A stretch of 59,893 nucleotides of DNA from positions 1 to 59,893 of IMG/VR virus record IMGVR_UViG_3300010401_000008; one strand, given 5' to 3'. Each line of letters starts with the position of its first letter. Positions within the stretch are counted from its first letter, which is position 1. Source of the DNA: a virus. The notes beneath the pieces are model-generated. The model did not search any database. It was not told where the DNA came from and saw only the letters and a list, made by a program, of their open reading frames with translations. Position numbers and translations under genes: made by a program. Shown in pieces: positions 17,352 through 27,206 of the stretch.

Positions 17352-17494
17352 TGATCAGTCGCTTGGTCGCGTGGCACGGCTGGCGAACTGGAAATGATTG
17401 GGGCTTTTGGGTTCGGCTATTCGGATATGGGTTCGCAATGATCACGGAGCTTGGGCGGATCAAAGTCGTGGGCCTGCGCCCGTGGTGGCACTAG
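17351..17494 (+). CDS. hypothetical Trp-rich 47-aa protein
   Basis: MISRLVAWHGWRTGNDWGFW... It exactly fills the terL-portal gap (TGATG at the start, TAGATG at the end). Confidence 0.4.
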   Translation: MISRLVAWHGWRTGNDWGFWVRLFGYGFAMITELGRIKVVGLRPWWH

Positions 17495-19570
17495 ATGGCA
17501 CGTCCCACGAACGCAAAGCTCGAGCAGGACCTCTTACAGGAGGTAAAGAAGAACTACTCCCGCTCGATGAGCGCCGACAGCTAGAACCGTGAGCTCGCCC
17601 TGAGCGACATCCGGTTCGTGGATGAGGAGGGCGCGCAGTGGGACCGTCAGACCCTGCGCAACAGGGGCAACCGGCCGAGTTACACCTTCGATCGTACGAG
17701 TGGCGCCATCGACCAGGTGAAGGGCGACCAGCGCCAGAACACGCCGCAGATCAAGATTCTGCCGGCCGATGAGAACTCAGACAAGAATCTGGCGCAGATT
17801 ATCGAGGGGCACATCCGCGACATCGAGCGGCGCTCCTCGGCATCTGCGGCCTACAACACCGCATTCGATTTCGCGTTGAAGGGCGGCTTTGGCTGCTGGC
17901 ACATCTACCCGGAGTTCATCGAAGACAGTTTCGACCAGAGACTATGCATCTCGCGCATCGAGAACCCGTTCACGGCCTTCCTTGATCCGACGGCCAAGGA
18001 CTTCCTGAAGCGCGATGCCAACTGGGGCGGGCTCACGGAGAGAGTGGACCGCGAGGCTTTCGAGGATGAGCACGAGATCACACCGCGCGACCTTGATCTT
18101 TCAGTCGGGGACCGCGACTGGCTGACGGCGGACGAGGTGCGGATCGCGACCTACTACAAGCGCATCCGGACGAAGAAGACGCTGGCGCAGCTCGATGATG
18201 GTCGCGTGATGGACTGGGAGGCGATCAAGCTGATCGAGGAGGAGATGGCCAATCCTCATCCTGATTCGGGACTACAGCCGGTCAAGGTGCTGCGCAAGCG
18301 CGATACGGATGTGATTTCGATTCGCTGGTGGAAGCTCTACGGCGGCGGGATTCTCGAAGGGCCCACCGACTACAAGTGGAAGTACATCCCGATCGTTCCG
18401 GTGTATGGCCGTGTCTCGAACATCGAGGGCAAGAAGAAGTATCGCGGCCTCGTGAGGAAGGCGAAGGACGCGCAGAAGGCGTACAACACCGCTCAGACCG
18501 CTGCATTAGAGACCGTATTCTCGGTGCCGAAAGCGCCGTACATGATCACGGCGAAGCAGATCGAGGGCTGGGAAGCGGAATGGCGTGCCGCACAGTCTTC
18601 CAATCCGCAGTTCCTGCACTACAACGCAGATGCGAAACTCCCGAATGGTGGCAAGCCGACCCGCGAACCGCTGGCGGAGATCCCCGCGGCGATGATCGCG
18701 CTCTCGGCTGCTGCTGCTGACAACATCAAGGCGGCTACTGGCAAGTATTCAGCCTCGCTGGGCGAGGAAGACAATGCGTCACTGCCCGGAGCGATCCGCC
18801 AGCGCAACACTGAAGGCGATGTCTCCTCCTACGAGTTCACCGACAACCTGAAGGAGTCGCTGCGTTATTCCGGTGAGATCATCGTCGACATGATGCAGGC
18901 GACATACGACGGTGAACGCACGATTCGCACGGTAGGCGCAGACGGGAAAGAGGACTTCGTCAAGATCAATCAGCGCAAGCCTGATGGCACGATGGCCAAC
19001 AACCTGTCGAGCGGCAAGTTCGATGTGGCGGTGGACCTTGGGCCCTCGTTCACGACCCAGCGCCAGCAGGCGGCAGACAATCTCATCAAGTTCGCGGGTA
19101 TCTCGCAGGCCGTCCAGCAGATTGCAAGCGACCTCATCGCGAAGAACATGGACTTCCAGGGTGCGGACGAACTCGAACGGCGGCTGCGTATCCCGCTCAT
19201 CCAGCAGGGCGTGATTCCGCCCGACAAGCTGAGTGAGGAGGAGAAGGCGTTGCTGCCTCAGGGCCCGCCACCGCCCGATCCGACGCAGGTCGCGCTGCTG
19301 AACAAGCTCGGGGCCGATGCGGCGCGTTCACAGGCGCAGGCGCAGAAAGCGCAGGTCGATACCATGGCAGCGATGGCTGACTTGCACTCGAAGCCGCAGG
19401 AGATGCAGAAACTCATTGCGGACACCATCGGGCAGCAGTTAACTAACTTGATGCTTGCAGGAGAGGTGGGTATCCATCCGAAGACCGGCAAGATGCACCT
19501 GATGAAGTATCTGAACCAGCCTGAAGACGGCAACGCCCTTCGCCGGCAGCCGGTCACCATCAATCAGTAG
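17495..19570 (+). CDS. P22-type portal protein, interrupted by an in-frame TAG at 17582-17584
   Basis: Downstream of the TAG: NRELALSDIRFVDEEGAQWD...RPSYTFDR...QRQNTPQIKILP, portal hallmarks. The 29 codons before the TAG are in the same frame and look like a portal N-terminus. The uninterrupted ORF runs 17618-19570 (GTG, no SD). Confidence 0.8.
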
Positions 19571-19580
19571 GTAAGGAACG

Positions 19581-19760
19581 ATGAGCGAAACGCAGCCACC
19601 AGTCGCCTGTTACGAGAGCCCATATCTGCTCGATACCCCTGAAAAGGTGAAATGGGCGAATGAGCACGTGGAGGTTGGCGTATTTGAACCGAACGGTCGC
19701 AAGTGGCGGCTGTATGACAGTTGCCATCATCGCCCAGCAGCAATGGAGACTGTTAAGTGA
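19581..19760 (+). CDS. hypothetical protein (59 aa)
   Basis: ATG after TAAGGAA. Its stop overlaps the next GTG start (GTGA). Confidence 0.45.
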   Translation: MSETQPPVACYESPYLLDTPEKVKWANEHVEVGVFEPNGRKWRLYDSCHHRPAAMETVK

Positions 19761-20113
19761 TCCGCCCGCTACGCGAATTCATCACCGTGAAACCCGCTCC
19801 GGCCGCCCTGAGCGCCATCATCGACACCTCCGCTCTCAAGGATGACATGATGGTGGGAGAGGTGCTGGCGGTCGGTACTGGCATGCGCCTGAAGGGCAAC
19901 AAGGTTCGCCCCATGTGCGTGAAGCCCGGCGAGCGCGTTCGCTTTCGTCTGCGCTCAGCCAAGGCGTGGCATGACCCGATGCTCAAGGATGTGATGCTGA
20001 TTCAGGAGGATGACGTACTGGGAATCGAGCCGAAGGATGAGCCGGCACCGAGCCGCAGTATGCAGCGGCGCATAGCCTCAATGAAGGGCGAGCCTGCCCC
20101 GGAGTTCGCATGA
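19757..20113 (+). CDS. GroES/Cpn10-like co-chaperonin
   Basis: IRPLREFITVK...GEVLAVGTGMRLKGNKVRPMCVKPGERVRF...VMLIQEDDVLGIE aligns by eye with E. coli GroES (IRPLHDRVIVK...GEVLAVGNGR...VKVGDIVIF...VLIMSESDILAIVE). Confidence 0.7.
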   Translation: MIRPLREFITVKPAPAALSAIIDTSALKDDMMVGEVLAVGTGMRLKGNKVRPMCVKPGERVRFRLRSAKAWHDPMLKDVMLIQEDDVLGIEPKDEPAPSRSMQRRIASMKGEPAPEFA

Positions 20114-20259
20114 AAAAGGTAGTCACCAAGTCCCCGACGAGTCCCAAGACTGTCGTAGTCACGCCCGGCCCGAGAGTCGGTACCAGAGAATACAGGGATG
20201 CGCAGCGCGCGGAGTTCGATGCGAAGTTCGAGGCGCAGAAGAAGCGGATGGCGAAGTGA
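20110..20259 (+). CDS. hypothetical basic 49-aa protein
   Basis: ATGA overlap with the GroES-like stop. MKKVVTKSPTSPK... Confidence 0.4.
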   Translation: MKKVVTKSPTSPKTVVVTPGPRVGTREYRDAQRAEFDAKFEAQKKRMAK

Positions 20260-20332
20260 CCGAAAAATTCTGGTTGTCCGAAGTCCATGATCCGGCCAAT
20301 TTCACCACGCGGCCCGGTATCAAGCAGGTGTT

Positions 20333-20575
20333 GTGGACGCCACATCCAGCGATAGCATGCTGGCTCATTCGGCATCCGAGAGTGCTATGGGCAATCCTGA
20401 AAGTCCTGCGCCGCGTCTGACGCGCATTCCCTCGATCCTGATGGCACGCCCAACCGTCTTTGACGTGCTGTACGCTCGGATCGAGCAGGACCCGCTGATC
20501 AAGCCAGAGCATCGCCCGGCGATCTTCCTGAAGTCGAGCCAGATCATTCGCGAGAGAGGACTCACGCAGATATGA
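20333..20575 (+). CDS. hypothetical protein (start uncertain)
   Basis: Track ORF of 80 aa with ATGA overlap to the next gene. A competing 54-aa ORF at 20256-20420 is also possible. Confidence 0.35.
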   Translation: MDATSSDSMLAHSASESAMGNPESPAPRLTRIPSILMARPTVFDVLYARIEQDPLIKPEHRPAIFLKSSQIIRERGLTQI

Positions 20576-20844
20576 CGGCCGTCGAAAAACCGGAAGGCTA
20601 TGACTTCCGCGAGAAGCGGGCTGACAAGGAGAATAAAGCCGCTCTCTGGACTGCGCAGGACGCCATATACAACACCGCCGAACGGATCAAGAGCGAGAGC
20701 GTTACGCAGCTGGTTGTCTATTGGTGGGCGCGGAATGCAGAAGGCGATGAAGTCATGCACTGGACGAATGCGACGACCTCTCTCGCGGAACACGCGTTGC
20801 TGCTGCAGAAAGCGCTCAGCGCACTGATGTCGCCGAAAGGATGA
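20572..20844 (+). CDS. hypothetical protein (90 aa)
   Basis: Coupled ATG. No motif recognised. Confidence 0.5.
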   Translation: MTAVEKPEGYDFREKRADKENKAALWTAQDAIYNTAERIKSESVTQLVVYWWARNAEGDEVMHWTNATTSLAEHALLLQKALSALMSPKG

Positions 20845-20942
20845 CTCAACGAATCCTTTCCAAGGCCCTGACAGCGACAGCTCTCGGGGCCTTCTCCTAT
20901 TCGCACGCCGCTAGCGTATAGCGGCAAACCTGAGATACAGTA

Positions 20943-21818
20943 ATGCCTGACGAAATCGTCGCCCCGGCGCAAGGGGAAGCGGCTACACCGGCCGCGCCAG
21001 CTCCAGTTGGCAATGAGGTGACTTCGGGATCTGAAAGTGCCACCCCGCAAGCGGGCACTCCCTCCGCCGAAACTCCTGCCGGCGAAAAGCCCAACCGGGC
21101 TCAGGAGCGCATCGAGGAGCTGGTCGTACAGCGAAATCAGGCCATCGCATATGGCGATTTCATGCGTCAGCAACTGGATGCACTGAAGACTGCTCCGAAG
21201 CCCCCCGCGGAAACGCCAACGGTCGAACAGCCCGAGCCGGAACCGCAGGAAGACGCCTTCGATGATCCCAAAGCCTATGCCAAGGCCTACGGCGCATGGT
21301 CCCGCAAGGACGCCATACGCGAAGCCCGGGCAGAAGCGACCCGGATCGCGAAGGAATCGCAGAGCGCTTCGGAGAAGGCGATTGCAAAGGCCCGCGAGGA
21401 TGAGCGCCTCAAGGCTCTGGACGGCGGATGGAACGAGCGTGCGACAGCGTACGCGCAAACCAATCCGGACTTCTGGAGCAAAGCGCGGAATCCTGCCCTG
21501 AATTTCATGAACGGCGACTTCCTGGAAGCCGTGAAGGGTTCAGAGCTCGGCCCGCAACTGGTTCATCACATCTCCAACGATGCGAAGCTGGTTGCGAAAC
21601 TTGCCAGTCAGTCAGTGCCCCAGCGGCTTGCGACATTGGGTCGTCTCGAGGCTGAACTCTCGCGTCCCGCTCCTCCCCCGAAAGTCACCGCTGCGCCGGC
21701 CCCGCCGACGCCAGTTGGGGGTTCCTCGGCATCCGTCGATACGGAACCGAAGGAAGTCAACGACTGGATGGCATGGCGTAACAAGCAGGACCCGAAGCTC
21801 GCAAGGTTTCGACGCTAG
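20943..21818 (+). CDS. scaffolding protein
   Basis: Ala/Pro/Glu-rich and helical. Positioned immediately upstream of the coat gene. Confidence 0.55.
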   Translation: MPDEIVAPAQGEAATPAAPAPVGNEVTSGSESATPQAGTPSAETPAGEKPNRAQERIEELVVQRNQAIAYGDFMRQQLDALKTAPKPPAETPTVEQPEPEPQEDAFDDPKAYAKAYGAWSRKDAIREARAEATRIAKESQSASEKAIAKAREDERLKALDGGWNERATAYAQTNPDFWSKARNPALNFMNGDFLEAVKGSELGPQLVHHISNDAKLVAKLASQSVPQRLATLGRLEAELSRPAPPPKVTAAPAPPTPVGGSSASVDTEPKEVNDWMAWRNKQDPKLARFRR

Positions 21819-21857
21819 TTACGACATAGGGCATGCGCAGCTCATCTGGAGCTGGAC

Positions 21858-23057
21858 ATGACTCAGACCTTTCTCACCCCGGACAAGATCACGCGTGAAA
21901 GTTTGCGCGTGCTCCACCAGAAGACAACCTTCATCGGATCTATCAATCGCGGTTACGACAACTCGTTCGCGCAGGAAGGCGCAAAGATCGGCTCGACGAT
22001 GCGCATTCGCCTGCCGAATCAGTTCGCGATTCGCACGGGCCGGCAGATGCAGGCGCAGGACATCACGGAACAGAGTGTTCTGCTGACGGTCACCAACCAG
22101 GCCGGCGTCGACATGAACTTCACGATGAAGGAACTGTCGATGGACATCGATGACTTCTCCACGCGCATTCTGACGCCCGCCATGGCGACGGTCGCCTCCT
22201 ATATGGAGTCGACTACACTGACTGGAGTTACCAAGCAGGTCTATAACGTGGTCGATCAGGATGCGACCGCGGTTTCGCTTTTGGCCTTCGGCCTCGGCAA
22301 GCAGAAGCTCGATGACAATCTCGCCCCGGACGATGGGCAGCGTTCTGCACTGCTGTCAGGTACCCATCAGGTGAAGCTGGTCGATGCGCTGAAGGGCCTG
22401 TTCCAGGATTCGACTAACATCGCCACCCAGTATCGCGAGGGTGTGATGGGTCGTACGCAGGGTTTCGAGTTCATGAGCTCGACGCATGTGTATGACTACG
22501 CGACTGGCACAGCGGCGAAGACCACAGGCTATCTTGCAAACGCAGCGGTTGCCCAGACCGGGGCAGCCGTTGTGGTGGACACCGGCACGACGACCTTCCT
22601 TGCCGGGGATGTGATCACGATTGCCGGAGTATTCCGGGTGCACCCGGAAACCAAGGTCAATACGAATGTTCTGCAGCAGTTCGTGATCACGGCCAACTCG
22701 GGTGCGAGCGCAACCTCGCTTGCGATCTCGCCTGCCATCGTGGCGACCGGGCCATTGCAGAACGTCTCGAATGCTGTCGCGGACAATTCGGCGATCGTCA
22801 AGATTGGCGCAGGCGCATCCGAGCTGCTCAACAGTTCGATGGTGTATCACAAGGATGCGTTCACCCTTGCAACGGCCGACATGCTGCTGCCCGATGGCGT
22901 GGACTTCGCCTCGCGGGAAGTTTACGACGGCATCTCCATGACGATCGTGCGTGACTTTGACATCAACAATCATCAAATGCCGTGCAGGTCGGACATTCTG
23001 TTCGGATATTTGGCCCAACGGGCTCAGTTGGCCTCTCGCATACATGCGGATGGCTAA
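21858..23057 (+). CDS. major capsid protein (P22 coat-like, HK97 fold)
   Basis: 399 aa. The position and segments such as GDVITIAGVFRVHPETKVNTNVLQQFVITA parallel P22 gp5 [31 protein letters not shown]. Confidence 0.8.
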   Translation: MTQTFLTPDKITRESLRVLHQKTTFIGSINRGYDNSFAQEGAKIGSTMRIRLPNQFAIRTGRQMQAQDITEQSVLLTVTNQAGVDMNFTMKELSMDIDDFSTRILTPAMATVASYMESTTLTGVTKQVYNVVDQDATAVSLLAFGLGKQKLDDNLAPDDGQRSALLSGTHQVKLVDALKGLFQDSTNIATQYREGVMGRTQGFEFMSSTHVYDYATGTAAKTTGYLANAAVAQTGAAVVVDTGTTTFLAGDVITIAGVFRVHPETKVNTNVLQQFVITANSGASATSLAISPAIVATGPLQNVSNAVADNSAIVKIGAGASELLNSSMVYHKDAFTLATADMLLPDGVDFASREVYDGISMTIVRDFDINNHQMPCRSDILFGYLAQRAQLASRIHADG

Positions 23058-23094
23058 AACATAGCCTAAATCGATCACAAGTGAAATGGCTTTC

Positions 23095-23138
23095 CCCCTG
23101 TATGATATAAGAATCATGTTCTTATATTCTTACAGGGG
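23095..23138 (+). terminator. AT-rich compound stem-loop downstream of the coat gene (possible terminator, RNA stabiliser or HEG cassette boundary)
   Basis: Outer stem cccctgta/tacagggg (8 bp). Inner stem atataagaa/ttcttatat (9 bp) with loop tcatg. Confidence 0.35.
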
Positions 23139-23146
23139 TAAGGATC

Positions 23147-23794
23147 TTGAAGATCGAGAAGGTTATAGCGCGCTTCTTCGCGAATGTTGAGAAGGCTGAC
23201 GGTTGCTGGAAATGGCTGGGGAAAAAGGACAAAGACGGTTACGGCATCTTCAACGCCAGATTATTTGGCAAGCGGCACTCCCGCGCGCCAAGAGTGGCGT
23301 GGATGCTTCAGAACCGTGTGTTGATCCCCGAGGGGCGTCAGGTGCTGCATACCTGCGATAACCCAGAGTGCGTGAAGATATTGCATTTGACGCTCGGGAA
23401 GCCGATCGACAACACGCAGGACATGCTCTCCAAAGGCCGGCACACCGCAGCCAAGGGAGAGGAGGCTGGCAAGGCAGTGCTGACCGAAGCGCAGGCCATG
23501 GCCATCCTTGGTGATATCCGGCCCTACGCGGTCATTGGCGCTGAATACGGTGTGGCTGCTTCAACGATAGGCCATATCAAAAACGGAACCTCGTGGGGCC
23601 ATCTGAAAGGTGAGCGCAAGCGATCCGTCAGAGTGAGCCCCCGCCGCGGCGTTAGCGACAACATCACGCCAGAGATCGTTCGCGAGATTCGCGCCAGTAC
23701 GCTGCCCTATAGAACGCTCGCTGCTCAGTACGGCGTGAGCGTTCCAACCATCTGCGATATCCGCAAGGGGCGCAGCTGGAAACACATTCACTAG
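23147..23794 (+). CDS. HNH homing endonuclease with C-terminal HTH repeats
   Basis: GCWKWLG..GYG...HTCDNPECVKILHLTLG..DN. Two IGAEYGV..STI..I..G.SW-type HTH repeats. Lower GC than its flanks. TTG start after TAAGGA. Confidence 0.8.
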   Translation: MKIEKVIARFFANVEKADGCWKWLGKKDKDGYGIFNARLFGKRHSRAPRVAWMLQNRVLIPEGRQVLHTCDNPECVKILHLTLGKPIDNTQDMLSKGRHTAAKGEEAGKAVLTEAQAMAILGDIRPYAVIGAEYGVAASTIGHIKNGTSWGHLKGERKRSVRVSPRRGVSDNITPEIVREIRASTLPYRTLAAQYGVSVPTICDIRKGRSWKHIH

Positions 23795-23812
23795 TTTCGA
23801 GGAGAAATTCAC

Positions 23813-24142
23813 ATGTCTCAGATTGGCTATGGTGTCTATGATTCCTTCTGCCGGCCCTTCCGCGTGGAAGTGCCGCTCACCGGCTTCAGCATTACGCTGG
23901 ACCGCAACCCAACTCTGGTACTCGATCCGGCCGGGACGCTCGCGACCGGAACGGTGATCTTGCCGACTGCTCCCACGGACGGGCATGTGGTGGAGATCAT
24001 CTCCACGCAGACGCAGACGGCGCTCACCGTGACCGCGGGCACCGGCGACACGATCTCGAATGCGCCGACAGCACTCGTTGCGCTGACGGGCGTGCGGCTC
24101 GGCTACAAGGCATCCGCGCTCAAGTGGTACCGCTTGCCGTAG
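23813..24142 (+). CDS. hypothetical small structural protein
   Basis: 109 aa. ATG after GGAGAAA. Confidence 0.5.
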   Translation: MSQIGYGVYDSFCRPFRVEVPLTGFSITLDRNPTLVLDPAGTLATGTVILPTAPTDGHVVEIISTQTQTALTVTAGTGDTISNAPTALVALTGVRLGYKASALKWYRLP

Positions 24143-24165
24143 GTCACCGCATTCAAGGCACTCAC

Positions 24166-24196
24166 AAGGGGGCAGATCGTGCCCCCTTTTCTTTGG
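24166..24196 (+). terminator. canonical intrinsic terminator inside the late operon
   Basis: aagggggc-agatcgt-gccccctt followed by ttctttgg (8-bp GC stem plus T-tract). Confidence 0.65.
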
Positions 24197-24206
24197 TGGA
24201 GCAGTA

Positions 24207-27206
24207 ATGACCCGTCAGATTCTGAATTCCGGTCTCACCCTGACTGAGGGCGTGATCGACAAGGGCAACCTCACCGATCTGATGGCGGTCATCAATCGCT
24301 CGGATGCAAATTTCGAGGATATCTACGCCTCAGCGCCGTTTTCGATCAACAGCACCGTCACGGACAATACTGGCGCGACCGACGTTACGTCGTTCTTCAC
24401 GACGATGGCGCGCAGAGCTGCCGGACTGAATGACGATGGAACGGGGACCGTCGGCACGGCCCGGCCGATCTTTCTTGCGCCTGGCACATACCGGCTGAAG
24501 GCATGGAGTCCCACCGATTCCAGCGGCTATGCGTTGCCCGTCAATCTCTTTGCCTATCCGGGCAGCGTCAAAATCCTGAGTGGCCTGAGCCTCGTTAACG
24601 AAAGTTCGGGCGCGATCGACATCGACTACAGCACCTGGCAGGCATCCCGCAAGGTGCAGCAGGCCATCACAGCGGTCACCGAAGGGTATGCGCCGGTGAC
24701 CTTCGGCATTACGACTGCAGCGAGCAACGATGACACGGTGACGATTCTCACCGTAGCGGACAGCACAGGATTCTTTGCCGGGGACCTGGCTGTGATCTCC
24801 TGTCAGAACAATCTGCCGCATACGAATGGTTCGAGCAGCAAGTCGCGCATCGGTGAGTCGTTCCGCATTCTCAACGTCGATGCGACCAACATCTATGTAC
24901 AGGGTCGGCTGGCCTATCACGATTTCTACGAGACGGGCCTGTACATCACGCGGTACGACACCACGCGTACGTTTCGGGCCTTCGGCATCACCTTCGAAGG
25001 CGCACCGGCAACGATTGGCCGCACCACTGCCACGCCTCCCCAGCTGGATCATGGCGTATGGGGGCGGACCACCAGTTCCATTGTCTCGATTAACCGCTCC
25101 GGGACTACGGCGACTGTCGTCACGCTGTTGCCTCATCTGCTGAGCACGGGACTCTATGTTCACGTCAGCGGGTGCGATCAAGACAATTACAATGTCACGG
25201 TAGATGTGACCGTGGTGGATGCCAATACGTTCACCTTCGTCATGCCGACCAAGAATGACGCCAATACTACGTTTGGCACGGCGCCCGGAAGTGCGACGAC
25301 ACCGGCCACCGGGACAATCGTCTACGCCGATGCGTTTGCGTCACTGGACACTCAGGCACTGGGGTCTGCGGTCACCGTACGAAATGGTCCCGGCGCAGTC
25401 CTAGAGATGTGCGAGTTCAATGATCTGTGGACCATGGGCGTGCGCTGGTATTCGAGTCCGGAGTGGCGGGTTCGAAACTGCAATATGCAGGGCCTGCCGA
25501 ACGCGGGAACGAATGCGCTCAATTTCGCCGGGGGTCGGCTCGGCTATGGTGTCAACATCTACGGCCACAGCTGCAATGGAGTCTGGGATGGTGGAGTCGT
25601 TCGCAACTGTCGCCATGTCGTGACCACTGGCGGCAAGAACACGAGCACCTACACGCCGACCACCGATGGCAGTTCATCGGCATGGCATAACCTCGGCGTA
25701 CCGACTCAGTGCCTGATCAAGAACGTCGATAGCTTCGATGGCTGGGGCATTCCGTTCGACGTACATGAAGAAGGGTCAGACTTCACGTTCATGAACTGCT
25801 GGGTCTACAACCCGCAGCGTGGCCCGCAAGGCGGTTCGTATACCGGCGCGGGCTGGCAGATCCGATGCCGCAACATGCGCATCATCAACTGCGGCCAGCG
25901 TGGCGGGCAGTTCGGCATTCGGGTTTCCGCCACTGAGCAGCTTGGTATGGCCGCAGGCTATGGCGCCTCCTCGATCCCGGCGCCACTTACTTACACCGTG
26001 ACGAGCCTGACGCAGAGTGCAGGGGTTGCAACATTTGTGCACGGGACCGGCATCAATTCGGTGAACACCGGCGCCCATCTGAGCGTCGGTGACATGATCC
26101 GCATCAGGGGTGCGATCAATGACACCGATCAGGGCAATTACGATGTGATGGTGCCTGTGCTCACCTATACCGAGAGCACGAAGACCGGCACATTCACCCT
26201 GCCCACGAAAGACGATCTCGGAAACACCTTCAGCGTTCTGCCGGCGAATGTCTCGACTCCTGCAACCGGCACCATCACGTTGCAGCCGTTCGCGCGCTGT
26301 CAGCACGTCGTGCAGAACTTCTTCTGCGAGCGCCTGAGAAAAGGCAAGAGCGGTGCGATTCTGCTGGATCGGCTCGATAGCGGGTCAGGGGTTTCATGGA
26401 AGAACAAGGTTCTGGTCAATGGCCTGACCGTTCGCGGCACCCAGAACGGGATCAACGCGGATGGCGGAACGCTCTGCGATGCGACCGGGATTCAGGCGTC
26501 CCAGATGGTCTACGACTCAAGCTCGGATCAGAGCGGCGCAGTCGTGGGTACGCTCAACAGTGCGGTCGTCCGCGTGGGTACGATGCATCTCGACTGCACG
26601 GACAGTATGTCCAACGCGCCGGGCATCTATCCCGCCCGCATGTCCAACGGCTCGACGGTCACGATCGGCCATCTCACGCTGCGCCAGCATGCAACCTATC
26701 TCGCCTGTCCGCGCGTGTTCGAAAACAAGGATGCGACGAGCGGCAAGGTGGTGGGTTTGGGCAAACTCACGTACGACAATCCGGGAGCACTGGCGCCATC
26801 TACCGGTTTTCAGATCGTCAAGCCCGGGCAGGAGGCGAATGTCACCTGGAGCGGCGGCGGCGAGGAACTCAACATTCCCTGCCAGACGAGCGCAATCACC
26901 AATGGCACCGTCACGGTTGGCCAGCGCAGTCTCTTCAACCGCTTCGTGATCCGGCGTGCGGGCGCCATTCTCGATGCCAATGCCGTTGGCACAGTGACGA
27001 TCGACATCAAGCTCAATGGCACCACCATCTTCGGTGCGAGCAAGATCACGGTGACCGCGGGTGCCGCCAGCTCGGATGCCAACGTGCCCACCTACTCGAC
27101 GATGCTGCTCACCGATCCTGCGGCACTGACAGTTACGGTCATCTCCACGAGCGGCTCTGAGACGGCGAAGCTCAACAATGTGAGCCTTACGGGCTACTAC
27201 GTATGA
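24207..27206 (+). CDS. large beta-helix (pectate-lyase-fold) protein, tailspike/depolymerase-like
   Basis: 999 aa. N-terminal TDNTGATDVTSFF...PIFLAPGTYRL. A duplicated small insert domain (GTTATVVTLLPHLLSTGLYVHVSG..NYNVTVDVTVVDANTFTF and AGVATFVHGTG...GDMIRIRGA..GNYDV...GTFTL). Confidence 0.6.
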   Translation: MTRQILNSGLTLTEGVIDKGNLTDLMAVINRSDANFEDIYASAPFSINSTVTDNTGATDVTSFFTTMARRAAGLNDDGTGTVGTARPIFLAPGTYRLKAWSPTDSSGYALPVNLFAYPGSVKILSGLSLVNESSGAIDIDYSTWQASRKVQQAITAVTEGYAPVTFGITTAASNDDTVTILTVADSTGFFAGDLAVISCQNNLPHTNGSSSKSRIGESFRILNVDATNIYVQGRLAYHDFYETGLYITRYDTTRTFRAFGITFEGAPATIGRTTATPPQLDHGVWGRTTSSIVSINRSGTTATVVTLLPHLLSTGLYVHVSGCDQDNYNVTVDVTVVDANTFTFVMPTKNDANTTFGTAPGSATTPATGTIVYADAFASLDTQALGSAVTVRNGPGAVLEMCEFNDLWTMGVRWYSSPEWRVRNCNMQGLPNAGTNALNFAGGRLGYGVNIYGHSCNGVWDGGVVRNCRHVVTTGGKNTSTYTPTTDGSSSAWHNLGVPTQCLIKNVDSFDGWGIPFDVHEEGSDFTFMNCWVYNPQRGPQGGSYTGAGWQIRCRNMRIINCGQRGGQFGIRVSATEQLGMAAGYGASSIPAPLTYTVTSLTQSAGVATFVHGTGINSVNTGAHLSVGDMIRIRGAINDTDQGNYDVMVPVLTYTESTKTGTFTLPTKDDLGNTFSVLPANVSTPATGTITLQPFARCQHVVQNFFCERLRKGKSGAILLDRLDSGSGVSWKNKVLVNGLTVRGTQNGINADGGTLCDATGIQASQMVYDSSSDQSGAVVGTLNSAVVRVGTMHLDCTDSMSNAPGIYPARMSNGSTVTIGHLTLRQHATYLACPRVFENKDATSGKVVGLGKLTYDNPGALAPSTGFQIVKPGQEANVTWSGGGEELNIPCQTSAITNGTVTVGQRSLFNRFVIRRAGAILDANAVGTVTIDIKLNGTTIFGASKITVTAGAASSDANVPTYSTMLLTDPAALTVTVISTSGSETAKLNNVSLTGYYV

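Noticed and set aside
17582-17584. Genome-wide TAG (or TAA) stop-codon reassignment as the explanation for the in-frame stops.
   Set aside because: TAG ends several well-delimited genes (the HNH at 1000, the portal at 19570, the scaffold at 21818, and the genes ending at 23794 and 24142). TAA ends cro, the fibre and the coat gene. Long ORFs are otherwise intact under the standard code.
21816-21860. Scaffold and coat genes lie in the same frame, separated only by TAG plus 12 sense codons (possible readthrough fusion). The same is true of 14932-14940 and 11888-11893.
   Set aside because: Same-frame neighbours with short stop-free gaps are expected by chance at about this frequency. No homology spans these stops, unlike the portal case.
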